In this document: one piece after another, positions 40,942 to 49,525 of the stretch
Layout: each line of letters begins with the position of its first letter
Numbering within the stretch: position 1 is the first letter of the stretch
Made by a program: the position numbers and the translations under genes
IMG/VR virus record: IMGVR_UViG_3300035698_019437
Span: 83,269-147,268 of that record
Direction: 5' to 3' (one strand)
DNA from: a virus
DNA length: 64,000 nt
The notes under the pieces: generated by a model
What the model was told of the DNA's origin: nothing
Database searches by the model: none
Seen by the model: only the letters and a program-made list of their open reading frames with translations

Positions 40942-41440
40942 ATGGACACATTTCAAAGAAACATCCAAACATAAGTTTTGGGTTTCTTTTTATATAGTAA
41001 AGATATGTCTGAAGCTTCTTAAGAGAGCGATTGTTCATGACGATAGCAAATATTCAGGAGAAGAAGGTAGACTTTTCGCTTTATCAGTTCCTAAGCTTAG
41101 AGGTTTAACTTATGGCTCGGAAGAGTATAAAGATATCTTAGCCAATATGCTCAATCCCGCAATCAAAAGTCATTATGCTAGGAATCGTCATCATCCGGAA
41201 CATCATGATAATGGAATTAATGGCATGTCATTTATTGATAAGATAGAAATGGTGTGTGATTGGAGAGCAGCAACAAGAAGACATGATGATGGTTGTATAT
41301 TTAAGTCTCTTGAAATAAATCAGAAACGATTTGGATATGATGATAGAGAGAAAGAATTGTTCTTGAGTATAGTAAAAGAATTGGAGAACGATAATGCAAA
41401 AAAGAGATACAATCAGGAGAAGATACACAGTGAGAGATAG
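40931..41440 (+). CDS. DUF5662-like HD-domain protein
   Basis: HFKETSKHK, VHDDSKYS, HYARNRHHPEHH, EMVCDW.AA. Confidence 0.75.
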   Translation: MGIKWTHFKETSKHKFWVSFYIVKICLKLLKRAIVHDDSKYSGEEGRLFALSVPKLRGLTYGSEEYKDILANMLNPAIKSHYARNRHHPEHHDNGINGMSFIDKIEMVCDWRAATRRHDDGCIFKSLEINQKRFGYDDREKELFLSIVKELENDNAKKRYNQEKIHSER

Positions 41441-41750
41441 AGTATATAGAAAAAGTCATTTTCATAAATTCCCTTTCGATGCTATAAAGTATCGTAAAGA
41501 TGAGCATGGGTATCAGACTGAATATCCTTTGAACACATCCTTTGGTCTTGGCGGTCATGGATTTGCTGATGGAGTCTGGACTATTTCTATTATACATAAA
41601 GACTCTAGTGCGGATATATATGAATTGCCTGATTATCTGCAATACGTTCTGAATACAGTTAGAGACTGGGGCAGAAGTGACGTTAAGAACGATCTGAGAG
41701 TCAAGCTAGAAGATGTAACAAGATTATTAGGTATAGTCAATGAAGATTGA
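41394..41750 (+). CDS. Hypothetical protein
   Basis: GGAG RBS; fills gap between flanking genes. Confidence 0.5.
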   Translation: MQKRDTIRRRYTVRDRVYRKSHFHKFPFDAIKYRKDEHGYQTEYPLNTSFGLGGHGFADGVWTISIIHKDSSADIYELPDYLQYVLNTVRDWGRSDVKNDLRVKLEDVTRLLGIVNED

Positions 41751-42510
41751 AGAACTAGAAAATATGCATGCAGATTCTCCCCTGATATTCGTAACAGGAT
41801 CAGGTCCATCTCTTCATGATGTTAATATTGATATGATTAAGGAATATCCTATCATATCTGTTAACTCTTCTATTATGAAGTTCGGAGCATTTGCGAATCA
41901 TTTTGTTTCAGATGATATAGGTGCAAAAAACTGGAATTACTATACTCAAATACTTCCCAATATTCCATGTACCAAGTTGTTGTATAAAGACAAGTTGAAA
42001 ATGCATGCTAAATATTTTGATAAAGATAAGGTAGTATTCTTTAAACATAAATGGTGGTTTTCTCCTAAAGAAAACAAGTACAACTCAAAAGGTCTTGTTT
42101 TGACCAAGGATGCGAAGGCTCCAATTGTAGGTGCTAGAACTTCTTTGGGTACTGCTTTACATTTTGCGTACATAATGGGCGGAGAAAATACGAGAATAGT
42201 ATTATTGGGTTCTGATTGTTGTTACAGAGGAAATAAAAGATATTTCTGGCAACTTGATGGTGAACCTCAAGTATTTAGAACTACAGGAGAACCAGTATTT
42301 TCTACTCCTAATAGGGGTAGGTATATGGGAGAGCCAGTAGATGCTCATTCTATGGACTTCCTTCAATATTGGAAAGCGTTTGTAAAACAAAATGAAGGTA
42401 CTCCTAATCTTCATATTATAAATTCGTCAGGCGGCATTCTAGATTATTTTGAACGTATGCCTTTGGAAGAAGTGTTGATTAAATATGGAAACAAAAAGGA
42501 GCAAACATAA
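41740..42510 (+). CDS. DUF115/Maf-like, GT42-like putative nonulosonic acid transferase
   Basis: IFVTGSGPSL...IISVN, TSLGTALHFAYIMG...IVLLGSDCCY, IINSSGG.L..FER. Confidence 0.72.
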   Translation: MKIEELENMHADSPLIFVTGSGPSLHDVNIDMIKEYPIISVNSSIMKFGAFANHFVSDDIGAKNWNYYTQILPNIPCTKLLYKDKLKMHAKYFDKDKVVFFKHKWWFSPKENKYNSKGLVLTKDAKAPIVGARTSLGTALHFAYIMGGENTRIVLLGSDCCYRGNKRYFWQLDGEPQVFRTTGEPVFSTPNRGRYMGEPVDAHSMDFLQYWKAFVKQNEGTPNLHIINSSGGILDYFERMPLEEVLIKYGNKKEQT

Positions 42511-43258
42511 AATATTATCTGTAGTGACTGCTCGTGCTGATTCAAAAGGATTACCGGGTAAAAATTTCAAGATACTTGGGGGAAGACCTCTTTTTGAGTA
42601 TTCTGTATTTGCATCTCTTGACAGCGAAAACGTAGGGTTGACAACTGTAAGTTCCAATTGTAACGAAGTAGAAAAATACACCAAGATCATGTTGAATAGG
42701 ATGAATAGGAATATGGGGGTGTTGAATGATCGAATTTCTATGTTTAACGGTGGCGGTTACTTCATTGGTTGGTTAGAGTTTATAAGAAGGCCAGATGAAT
42801 TTGCTGGTGATATGAGTAAGAACGAAGATGCTTTGATACACACTTATAATTATTGTAAAGACAAATGGAACTTCGATGCGGATATCATAGTCAATCTACA
42901 GCCAACATCTCCAATTCGCAATAATGGTTTGCTTGATAAATGTATAGAGAAATTCATAGATGACGATGCGGATAGTTTATTCACATCATCAAAGCATACG
43001 CCGTTCTTCTTCAAGGAAAGAGATGGATTAGTGGTAGCTGAATGGGATGTGAAAAACAGGCCGATGCGACAAGAAATTTCTGATTTTATGTTTCACGACA
43101 ATGGGAATATTTATATAATGAAGAGAGACTTATTATTAAGTGAAAGATGTAGATTGGGTGGTAAGATGATAATGATGGAAACTGATAAGTTTCAAAGCAT
43201 GCAAATAGACGATGAAGATGATTTAGCTATCATAGAAAATGTCATGAGCAGATTATGA
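42485..43258 (+). CDS. neuA: Acylneuraminate cytidylyltransferase (CMP-nonulosonate synthetase)
   Basis: TARADSKGLPGKN, IRRP, LQPTSPIR, RPMRQE, NGNIYI, QIDDEDD. Confidence 0.92.
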   Translation: METKRSKHKILSVVTARADSKGLPGKNFKILGGRPLFEYSVFASLDSENVGLTTVSSNCNEVEKYTKIMLNRMNRNMGVLNDRISMFNGGGYFIGWLEFIRRPDEFAGDMSKNEDALIHTYNYCKDKWNFDADIIVNLQPTSPIRNNGLLDKCIEKFIDDDADSLFTSSKHTPFFFKERDGLVVAEWDVKNRPMRQEISDFMFHDNGNIYIMKRDLLLSERCRLGGKMIMMETDKFQSMQIDDEDDLAIIENVMSRL

Positions 43259-43551
43259 TTATTGTAGATATCGTATGGATAAATAAAGAAGATCACAGTG
43301 GTTTTGGTTCTATGGTAGCTCAAAAAATGGCAGATTATTTTCGTAGTCCTTATGGTTTTAGGACTCTATCTTATAAAGCAGATATCAAAAAAGAAAGATG
43401 GTTAGACCCTGATTATCACACTAAAGGTATGCAAGAGCCTAGATGCACTTTGTGGTACAAAGGGGATAAGCCAGATAATCACTTAGAAATCTCCGAAAAA
43501 TTGAAAGATATAGTGAATAAACTGTTTTTCTGGGATGTTATTATGGTTTAG
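43255..43551 (+). CDS. Hypothetical protein
   Basis: ATGA-coupled 98-aa ORF. Confidence 0.5.
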   Translation: MIIVDIVWINKEDHSGFGSMVAQKMADYFRSPYGFRTLSYKADIKKERWLDPDYHTKGMQEPRCTLWYKGDKPDNHLEISEKLKDIVNKLFFWDVIMV

Positions 43552-43621
43552 TCGCGTGATAAGATTTCCTGTAACATCGTCATATGATGGACGATATGGT
43601 ATCAGTAGCAGGAGATAAATA

Positions 43622-44848
43622 GTGTATACACAGTCAGATTTTTTCGGCAACGTAATCGATTTAGATTTGAAAAGAGGGGTTAAGAAAATAGACTTACTTG
43701 ATGAAGGAAGAGAATCTTCTACTTTTAGTCTATGGGACGAAGAATTTACTCTACAAGAAGTTTCTAGTTGGATATATGGCATACTGGGAAGCCGATTTGT
43801 TAAGTGGACTAAAACCACGGAAACTGAAAACCGGAAATTTGTTTTTGGACCAGAAGTAAGGGTGTGGATGAATAGAAAATCAAATAGAAACTTATCTTCT
43901 ATTTTATTAGATACTGGCGTGAGCATAGAGCGTCAAAAACCATTTAGGAACTATTATGGAGGGACTTTAGTAGGCCCATCGCAGTCTAAGATATGGGCCT
44001 TTTTCCGTGAATCCGGTTTGAATAAATTTCTAGAACATTATTTATACGAGATGGATGGAGTAAAAATATATGAACAGTCAATCCCTGAGTTGAATCTTGA
44101 AAAAGAATATGAAAAGAATAGAAAATGTTTTTTAGGGGAAAATTTCTGCAATAGAAGTTTTAAACTAGGTATATCTGGATTGTCTTTAAGTTCGTCTTTA
44201 AATGTAAGTATATTAGATCAAGAAAATAAACTGCTAAAGTTAAAAACTGAAAAGCTTGCTAAGCGAAGTAAAAACTTATCGGATGTACCAATAGAAAATA
44301 TAAGAATTGCAGCTAGAAATTCTCATTATATTCCAAGGATACCTGTATATATAGATGGCTATGCAAATCATGTATCGTTATTTAAAGACGAGATGGTAAA
44401 TAACATGTCTGCTTTAGAAAATGTAGTACCTAAAAATATGTTAAGGCTAATAGAGAGTGAAGTCTGTTTGCACGGATTATCATCTACAAAAGAATCAAGG
44501 AAGTATCAAGCTTACAAGATAAGTAAAGAGCATATTGTAGATAACTCATACTTACAAAATTTTTTGTTCTACCCTCATTTTGTTGAAAACATAACTTTTT
44601 TACCTGTCGGTTATAATTGTTCGCTACCTAAATGGCAAAACGTAGAATCAGGAGTCAGGAAATCAGTAAAAACGATTAAAGACGGATGCTATTATGATTT
44701 TGACGAGTGGCGAGATTTAATATATGCTATTTTACAGAAATTGGAAGTTCAGTTATTAGATGAAACAAACAAATTACAAAAGAGTAAAATGACTAAATGT
44801 ATAAAAGAAATAAATCAAGTTATTGTATTAGTAGGAAAAGTTTTTTAA
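43622..44848 (+). CDS. Hypothetical protein
   Basis: AGGAG RBS then GTG; 408 aa; no motif recognised. Confidence 0.6.
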   Translation: MYTQSDFFGNVIDLDLKRGVKKIDLLDEGRESSTFSLWDEEFTLQEVSSWIYGILGSRFVKWTKTTETENRKFVFGPEVRVWMNRKSNRNLSSILLDTGVSIERQKPFRNYYGGTLVGPSQSKIWAFFRESGLNKFLEHYLYEMDGVKIYEQSIPELNLEKEYEKNRKCFLGENFCNRSFKLGISGLSLSSSLNVSILDQENKLLKLKTEKLAKRSKNLSDVPIENIRIAARNSHYIPRIPVYIDGYANHVSLFKDEMVNNMSALENVVPKNMLRLIESEVCLHGLSSTKESRKYQAYKISKEHIVDNSYLQNFLFYPHFVENITFLPVGYNCSLPKWQNVESGVRKSVKTIKDGCYYDFDEWRDLIYAILQKLEVQLLDETNKLQKSKMTKCIKEINQVIVLVGKVF

Positions 44849-45720
44849 CCTCTTAACTTCTTTCTTTGTTCTGCTTCCATTTCATCTAATCCTTCAGGTT
44901 TGCTTTTTAAGCTCTTATATACAGCTTTAAGGTCTCTGCATAGTCTTCTTAAACCATCTGGCTCTAAGCTAGCTGCGGCATCCGTGTGAGGGAAAGCTCT
45001 ATCATCAACGAAGTGCCTTTCGATGTATGTAGCTCCCAATGTGTATGCTGCGATGTCTGCTGCTATTCCGTACCCATGATTAGAGAATCCAGTTTTGTAA
45101 GGAAAGTCGTATTTTATTCTTTTATTGTAATCAAATTCTGCTAAGTGTCTAACTTCTTCAAGATACATCTTTTCAAATGGAACAGGATATCCAGACGTAC
45201 AGTGGTAAATTACCATTCTGTCAGAATGTGCTTCATCTAGATCATGAATAAAATTGCTTCGTTCTTCTTGTGTCGTCATACCTAAAGAGATATGAATCTG
45301 TCCCTCGAAATTTTTATACAGATAATCTAATATATCTTTTCTGTGATTGCAGGCGCTTGGTATTTTTATCATATATGGATTTAGTTCTACAACTTCTTTC
45401 ACTGATGTCATGTCCCATACAGATGTACCGTACCCTATACCAATGTCTGCGCAGTAGTCTTTTAGCTTCGCATGTTGTGAAATATCTAGTTCAAGATTCA
45501 TTCTATGTTCTAGATAGGTATCTCCGTAAGCAAATTTTTCGTTAGGATGAGGCTTGTTCCACCACTCTTTTGGAACGCATTCCTTTGGATTTCGTTTTTG
45601 AAATTTGACAGCGTTTGCGCCAGCGAGTTTCGCTAGTTTTATAAGGTCTTTTGCTCTATTTATATTGCCAGCATGAACACACCCGATTTCCGCTATTACT
45701 TTACACAATTCATAATTCAT
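44845..45720 (-). CDS. neuB: N-acetylneuraminate/nonulosonate(-9-phosphate) synthase, short form without SAF domain
   Basis: VIAEIG..H.G, GANAVKFQKR, SVWD, IKIPSA, ISLGM, YHCTSGYP, GFSNH, GATYIERHF, DAAASLEP; AGGAG RBS on minus strand. Confidence 0.93.
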   Translation of the reverse strand: MNYELCKVIAEIGCVHAGNINRAKDLIKLAKLAGANAVKFQKRNPKECVPKEWWNKPHPNEKFAYGDTYLEHRMNLELDISQHAKLKDYCADIGIGYGTSVWDMTSVKEVVELNPYMIKIPSACNHRKDILDYLYKNFEGQIHISLGMTTQEERSNFIHDLDEAHSDRMVIYHCTSGYPVPFEKMYLEEVRHLAEFDYNKRIKYDFPYKTGFSNHGYGIAADIAAYTLGATYIERHFVDDRAFPHTDAAASLEPDGLRRLCRDLKAVYKSLKSKPEGLDEMEAEQRKKLRG

Positions 45721-45731
45721 TAGTATTCTCC

Positions 45732-45756
45732 TGCTTATATAATCGGAAATAAAATA
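45732..45756 (-). promoter_or_regulatory. Putative phage promoter motif upstream of neuB
   Basis: Minus strand TTATTTCCGATTATATAAGCAGGAG directly before RBS. Confidence 0.35.
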
Positions 45757-45788
45757 ACAGGTGTAAAACTGTTAGTTAAAATATATTC

Positions 45789-46292
45789 ATGGGAAAAAGA
45801 ATAAAATTAGTTGTATTCGATGTTGATGGAACTCTAACAAATGGAGTGTACTATATCTCAGAGAGTGGGGCAACCATGAAGGGTTTCCACACCAGAGATA
45901 TGTATGCACTGAATTTGCTTAAGAAATATGGTATAAAAGTTCTTATTATGACACAATCTCATGACAATTGTATGCAGGCGAAGTTGCAAAATGCATTTAA
46001 TTACGATACTAAGGATTGTCATATTGAACTTGTAACTCAAATTCAGGATAAATTTGAGTTCTTAGGAAACTACATAATTCAAAGAGGAATCACTTGGGCT
46101 GAAGTTGCTTATATGGGAGATGCAGAAAATGACAGGTTATGTTTGCTGAATGCTTGTAAGTCAGGTTGTCCAAAAGATGCTACTCAAGTAGCTCGTTGCG
46201 CATCTAGCTTTTTATCCGATAAAGATGGTGGACATGGTGCAGCATATGATTTTGTCATGCATATAACAAAAGATATCGAGGAAATAGAATGA
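45789..46292 (+). CDS. KdsC/YrbI-type HAD phosphatase (putative nonulosonate-9-phosphate phosphatase)
   Basis: FDVDGTLT.G..Y, KGFHTRD, AYMGDAEND, GGHGA. Confidence 0.88.
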   Translation: MGKRIKLVVFDVDGTLTNGVYYISESGATMKGFHTRDMYALNLLKKYGIKVLIMTQSHDNCMQAKLQNAFNYDTKDCHIELVTQIQDKFEFLGNYIIQRGITWAEVAYMGDAENDRLCLLNACKSGCPKDATQVARCASSFLSDKDGGHGAAYDFVMHITKDIEEIE

Positions 46293-46759
46293 AAGACAAT
46301 ATTACATTAAGATCATGGCAAAAAGTAGTAATAGACATTATAGATGATCATGAAGATTTTATAAGCGGAGAAGAGTTTCAATCTCTTTCGGACTATGACA
46401 TAAATAGGCTTTCTTCCGTAACATTGAAGATGCCTCAAGGCTATGGTCATACAATTCTTACTTCACATATAGCAACTAATTATTCTTCTGTAATTGTTTA
46501 TACTAACATGGATCATTGGAATAGGGTAGAAAAGAATATGGGAGATGAGTGCGATGATTTTTGTCCCATGTCTATGTATGAGTTATATTATATATTGATG
46601 ACTGCAAATGATCCCGGTGGGCAGATTACTGTGGAAAATTTGAAAGCAAAGTTTATTGATAGAAAAGTTGTAGTAGTAGATGGAGCATCTAATTTACCAG
46701 CAGGCATGAAAGACTTCTTGTTAAACGTAGCAAGAGGTATCGTAATATTCTTAGATTGA
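46289..46759 (+). CDS. Hypothetical protein resembling a degenerate SF2 P-loop domain
   Basis: LRSWQ, KMPQGYGHT, VVVVDGAS. Confidence 0.5.
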   Translation: MKDNITLRSWQKVVIDIIDDHEDFISGEEFQSLSDYDINRLSSVTLKMPQGYGHTILTSHIATNYSSVIVYTNMDHWNRVEKNMGDECDDFCPMSMYELYYILMTANDPGGQITVENLKAKFIDRKVVVVDGASNLPAGMKDFLLNVARGIVIFLD

Positions 46760-46772
46760 TTGGAGATCGAAA

Positions 46773-47237
46773 ATGGCATTAGACATATCTAAAAGAAAAG
46801 TAGTAGCAAAGAGAATCGGTGATATCACCAAAGTGAAGAACAGTGAAAGAAAGTTTGGAGCGGCGTTGAATTACAGTCATCTTCGCGTTCAATTCTCTAA
46901 AGACGTTGAATGTCATCTTCTATTCACTGATAGTCAGATTAAGGTTGGTCTAAAAAGAGCAAGAAAAAACACTGAAGACCTTCCTAAAGTGCATTGGTTT
47001 CGTGATATTCTAGAAGACATCGTAACGGAAGGTAGAATCGCTGATGTTCAGGATGTGATTAATCAGGGTAAACTTCCAATGGCTGCTAAGAAGTATAACC
47101 ATATACGTGCAGAGTTTGGTGATAAGGAAGTTCATCTATTGTTTACGGATAACGATATACGAATTGCTTATGAAAGAGCTTTGAAAAATAGAGAAGACCT
47201 TCCTAAAGCCTCTTGGTTTAGGGACATTTTGGATTAA
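46773..47237 (+). CDS. Hypothetical protein built from two tandem ~70-aa repeats
   Basis: Y.H.R..F...E.HLLFTD..I....RA.KN.EDLPK..WFRDIL occurs twice. Confidence 0.75.
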   Translation: MALDISKRKVVAKRIGDITKVKNSERKFGAALNYSHLRVQFSKDVECHLLFTDSQIKVGLKRARKNTEDLPKVHWFRDILEDIVTEGRIADVQDVINQGKLPMAAKKYNHIRAEFGDKEVHLLFTDNDIRIAYERALKNREDLPKASWFRDILD

Positions 47238-47247
47238 GGAGAATATA

Positions 47248-47439
47248 ATGGCTGATTCACTTTTATTGGGAATTAAGAGCAATAATTTAAATGTTGATCA
47301 AATGCAAATTCTTTTGCAGATGCATGATAAGAGGCTTATATCCAACACAACATTTCTGAAAGAACTAGGTTATGACGAAGAAACAGAAGTAACAAATATG
47401 ATTAAGGAACAAGCCGATAGAGATACCAAAGGTTTGTAA
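47248..47439 (+). CDS. Small hypothetical protein
   Basis: AAGGAG RBS; 63 aa. Confidence 0.6.
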   Translation: MADSLLLGIKSNNLNVDQMQILLQMHDKRLISNTTFLKELGYDEETEVTNMIKEQADRDTKGL

Positions 47440-47478
47440 TAACAGAAAGTTGTAATATAAAGATGTTGTTACATTTTT
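47435..47478 (+). terminator. Imperfect inverted repeat followed by T5; possible weak terminator or operator
   Basis: TGTAATAACA (47435-47444) / TGTTGTTACA (47464-47473), 9/10 complementary, 19-nt spacer, then TTTTT. Confidence 0.25.
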
Positions 47479-47496
47479 GCCGAGAATATGTATTTG
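47474..47496 (+). promoter_or_regulatory. Putative phage promoter motif upstream of DUF1257
   Basis: TTTTTGCCGAGAATATGTATTTG. Confidence 0.35.
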
Positions 47497-47523
47497 ACCG
47501 GCAAGAAAGGAAGGTTAAGTTCA

Positions 47524-47922
47524 GTGTCAGAATACCACGTAGTAGATATTGAAGTAACAGACCAGCAGACTCTCGTTGAAACTCTCATTGAAATGGGATA
47601 TGCTCCTAAAATATATGATGAAGCTAAGGCTCTTTATGGATATCAAGGTGACGCTAGGTCTCAAAAGGCTCATGTTGTTGTTCCACGAAGTCAAGTAGGT
47701 AGCGCTAGTAACGATGTAGGTTTTGAACGTAAAAATGGAAAATTCATTATGCATATTTCTGCGTATGATAGAAACCATAAAAAGCTTAAAAAGAAAAAGA
47801 TACTTCAGCTTTATGCTAAGAACAGGATCGCTAAGGCTGTCAAGATAAAAAGCAAATATTCTATTGCTTCTCAAAAGACTGAGAAGGATGGAAGAATTCG
47901 TTTAAGAGTAAGGGTGTCTTAA
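47524..47922 (+). CDS. DUF1257 (Ycf35-like) protein
   Basis: SEYHVVDIEVTD...L...L.EMGY, LYGYQGD.R.QKAHVVV, SNDVGF, IS.YD, QLYA; GTG start after AAGGAAGG. Confidence 0.8.
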   Translation: MSEYHVVDIEVTDQQTLVETLIEMGYAPKIYDEAKALYGYQGDARSQKAHVVVPRSQVGSASNDVGFERKNGKFIMHISAYDRNHKKLKKKKILQLYAKNRIAKAVKIKSKYSIASQKTEKDGRIRLRVRVS

Positions 47923-48503
47923 TGTCAAATAAATTATCTAGAAGACAGAAGAGTAAGTTTCGCAAGAAGGATCGTCTAAGGCAAAAAGATCAGAAAGCTA
48001 TATATAAAGCTGGTCTCAAGGCAATGGTAAAGAAATTTGATGACCCTATTCTTTCTTGTCAATGCTATTTTGTTAGGGAAGACGAAGATTTGAGTTTTGT
48101 CAAGACCCTTAAGAAAGTTCTTCTTGTTCATGACAATGGTGTCGGTTTGGCTGCATCGCAGATAGGAATCACTAAAGCCGTTGTAGCTGTGAGATTCGAT
48201 ATCAAGAAATACGATGTTAAGATTATGATTAATCCAGAAATTGTAGAGCATACTACGGAGATGGAAGCTGGTCAAGAAGGTTGCCTGTCCTACCCAAAGG
48301 TGGTTGGTAACATAACTCGATATAAGGGCGTTACTGTAAAATATCTGGATGAAGAGATGAAGGAACATGTTGAAAAGTTTACTGGTTTTAATTCTCGCGT
48401 TGTACAACACGAACTGGATCATATCGACGGAGTTTGTAAAATAGGAATCTGGTGGAAAGAGAATCAGGATCAGAAAGTCTACTCTGCACAGCCTTCTTCA
48501 TAA
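47922..48503 (+). CDS. def: Peptide deformylase
   Basis: GVGLAASQIG, MINP, EGCLSYP, QHELDHIDG. Confidence 0.95.
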   Translation: MSNKLSRRQKSKFRKKDRLRQKDQKAIYKAGLKAMVKKFDDPILSCQCYFVREDEDLSFVKTLKKVLLVHDNGVGLAASQIGITKAVVAVRFDIKKYDVKIMINPEIVEHTTEMEAGQEGCLSYPKVVGNITRYKGVTVKYLDEEMKEHVEKFTGFNSRVVQHELDHIDGVCKIGIWWKENQDQKVYSAQPSS

Positions 48504-49525
48504 TGAAATATTCAGAAAAACTTAGGGACGTAGTTTCTAGAACGGAAATCGGTAAAAAGTTCCGTTGTCTTATTTGTCCAAATAAATGTCTGATATCTCC
48601 AGGTGATCGTGGTAAATGCTACGTTAGAAAAGCTAGCAATGAATCCGTCTTCCTTGCTGAATATGGGAAAGTATCTTCTGCTGCCGTAGAGCCAATTGAG
48701 AAGAAACCAATTTATCATTTTATGCCTGGCTCTAAAGTTTTTTCGATAGGTACTCTTGGATGTTCGTTTAGTTGTGTATATTGTCAGAATCATCGTATCA
48801 GTCAAGACCAAAATTGTCCAGTTGTAGACATGCCTGTCAGTAAGGCTATAGACATAGCTTTGCATAAAGGCTGTGATGGTGTTTGTATGACATATAACGA
48901 GCCAATTCCTTCATATGAGTACCTTATAGAACTGGCTGAGGCGGCTCACAAGGAAGGTTTATATTTTGCCCTTAAAACTAATGGTTATGCAGAAAAAGAG
49001 CCTTGGAGGGACATCTGTGAGGTCACAGACGCTGTTAATATAGATTATAAGGCTGACAGTACCGAAAACTTTGCTAGTATTACAAGAGTTGGGTCTGATG
49101 CGGGTATAAGTTTTCGTAAAATACTCATGAGAATACAAGAAGCTATAGAAGATGATAGTATACATGTAGAAATGAGTCTTCCTTTGTATACCGGTTCAGA
49201 CGATTACAGTACTTTTAGAGGTATTATATCTGATGTAGATAGGAACGTTCCTGTTCATATCCTGAAGGTTTTTCCAGATCATGATTCCATGAAGTACAGC
49301 AGCACCCCAAATAAATCTTTGTTCGTTTTGAGAGATTATCTTAAAGAAGAACTTAATTTTGTATATGTAGAAAATGTTTTTGATGAACAAGGCCAAGAGG
49401 CTAGAAATACTGTTTGTACTAAATGCGGATATGTCGTAGTAAGAAGAAATAAGTTCGACATATATGTTACTAATTCCAATTGCGATGAATGCTCATCTTC
49501 TTTGGTATTGCAGTATGAGAGATAA
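48503..49525 (+). CDS. AmmeMemoRadiSam-type radical SAM enzyme (PflA-like)
   Basis: CLICPNKC.I..G.RG.C.VR, EPIEKKPIYHF.PG, GCSFSCVYCQNHRISQ, TYNEP, TNGY, NTVCTKCG. Confidence 0.9.
   Translation: MKYSEKLRDVVSRTEIGKKFRCLICPNKCLISPGDRGKCYVRKASNESVFLAEYGKVSSAAVEPIEKKPIYHFMPGSKVFSIGTLGCSFSCVYCQNHRISQDQNCPVVDMPVSKAIDIALHKGCDGVCMTYNEPIPSYEYLIELAEAAHKEGLYFALKTNGYAEKEPWRDICEVTDAVNIDYKADSTENFASITRVGSDAGISFRKILMRIQEAIEDDSIHVEMSLPLYTGSDDYSTFRGIISDVDRNVPVHILKVFPDHDSMKYSSTPNKSLFVLRDYLKEELNFVYVENVFDEQGQEARNTVCTKCGYVVVRRNKFDIYVTNSNCDECSSSLVLQYER

Noticed and set aside
43570-43600. Small hairpin ATCGTC-N8-GACGAT in the gap before 43622
   Set aside because: Only a 6-bp stem with no U-tract; compatible with chance.
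44800-45790. Invertible DNA switch flipping neuB
   Set aside because: No flanking inverted repeats seen and no site-specific recombinase in the window.
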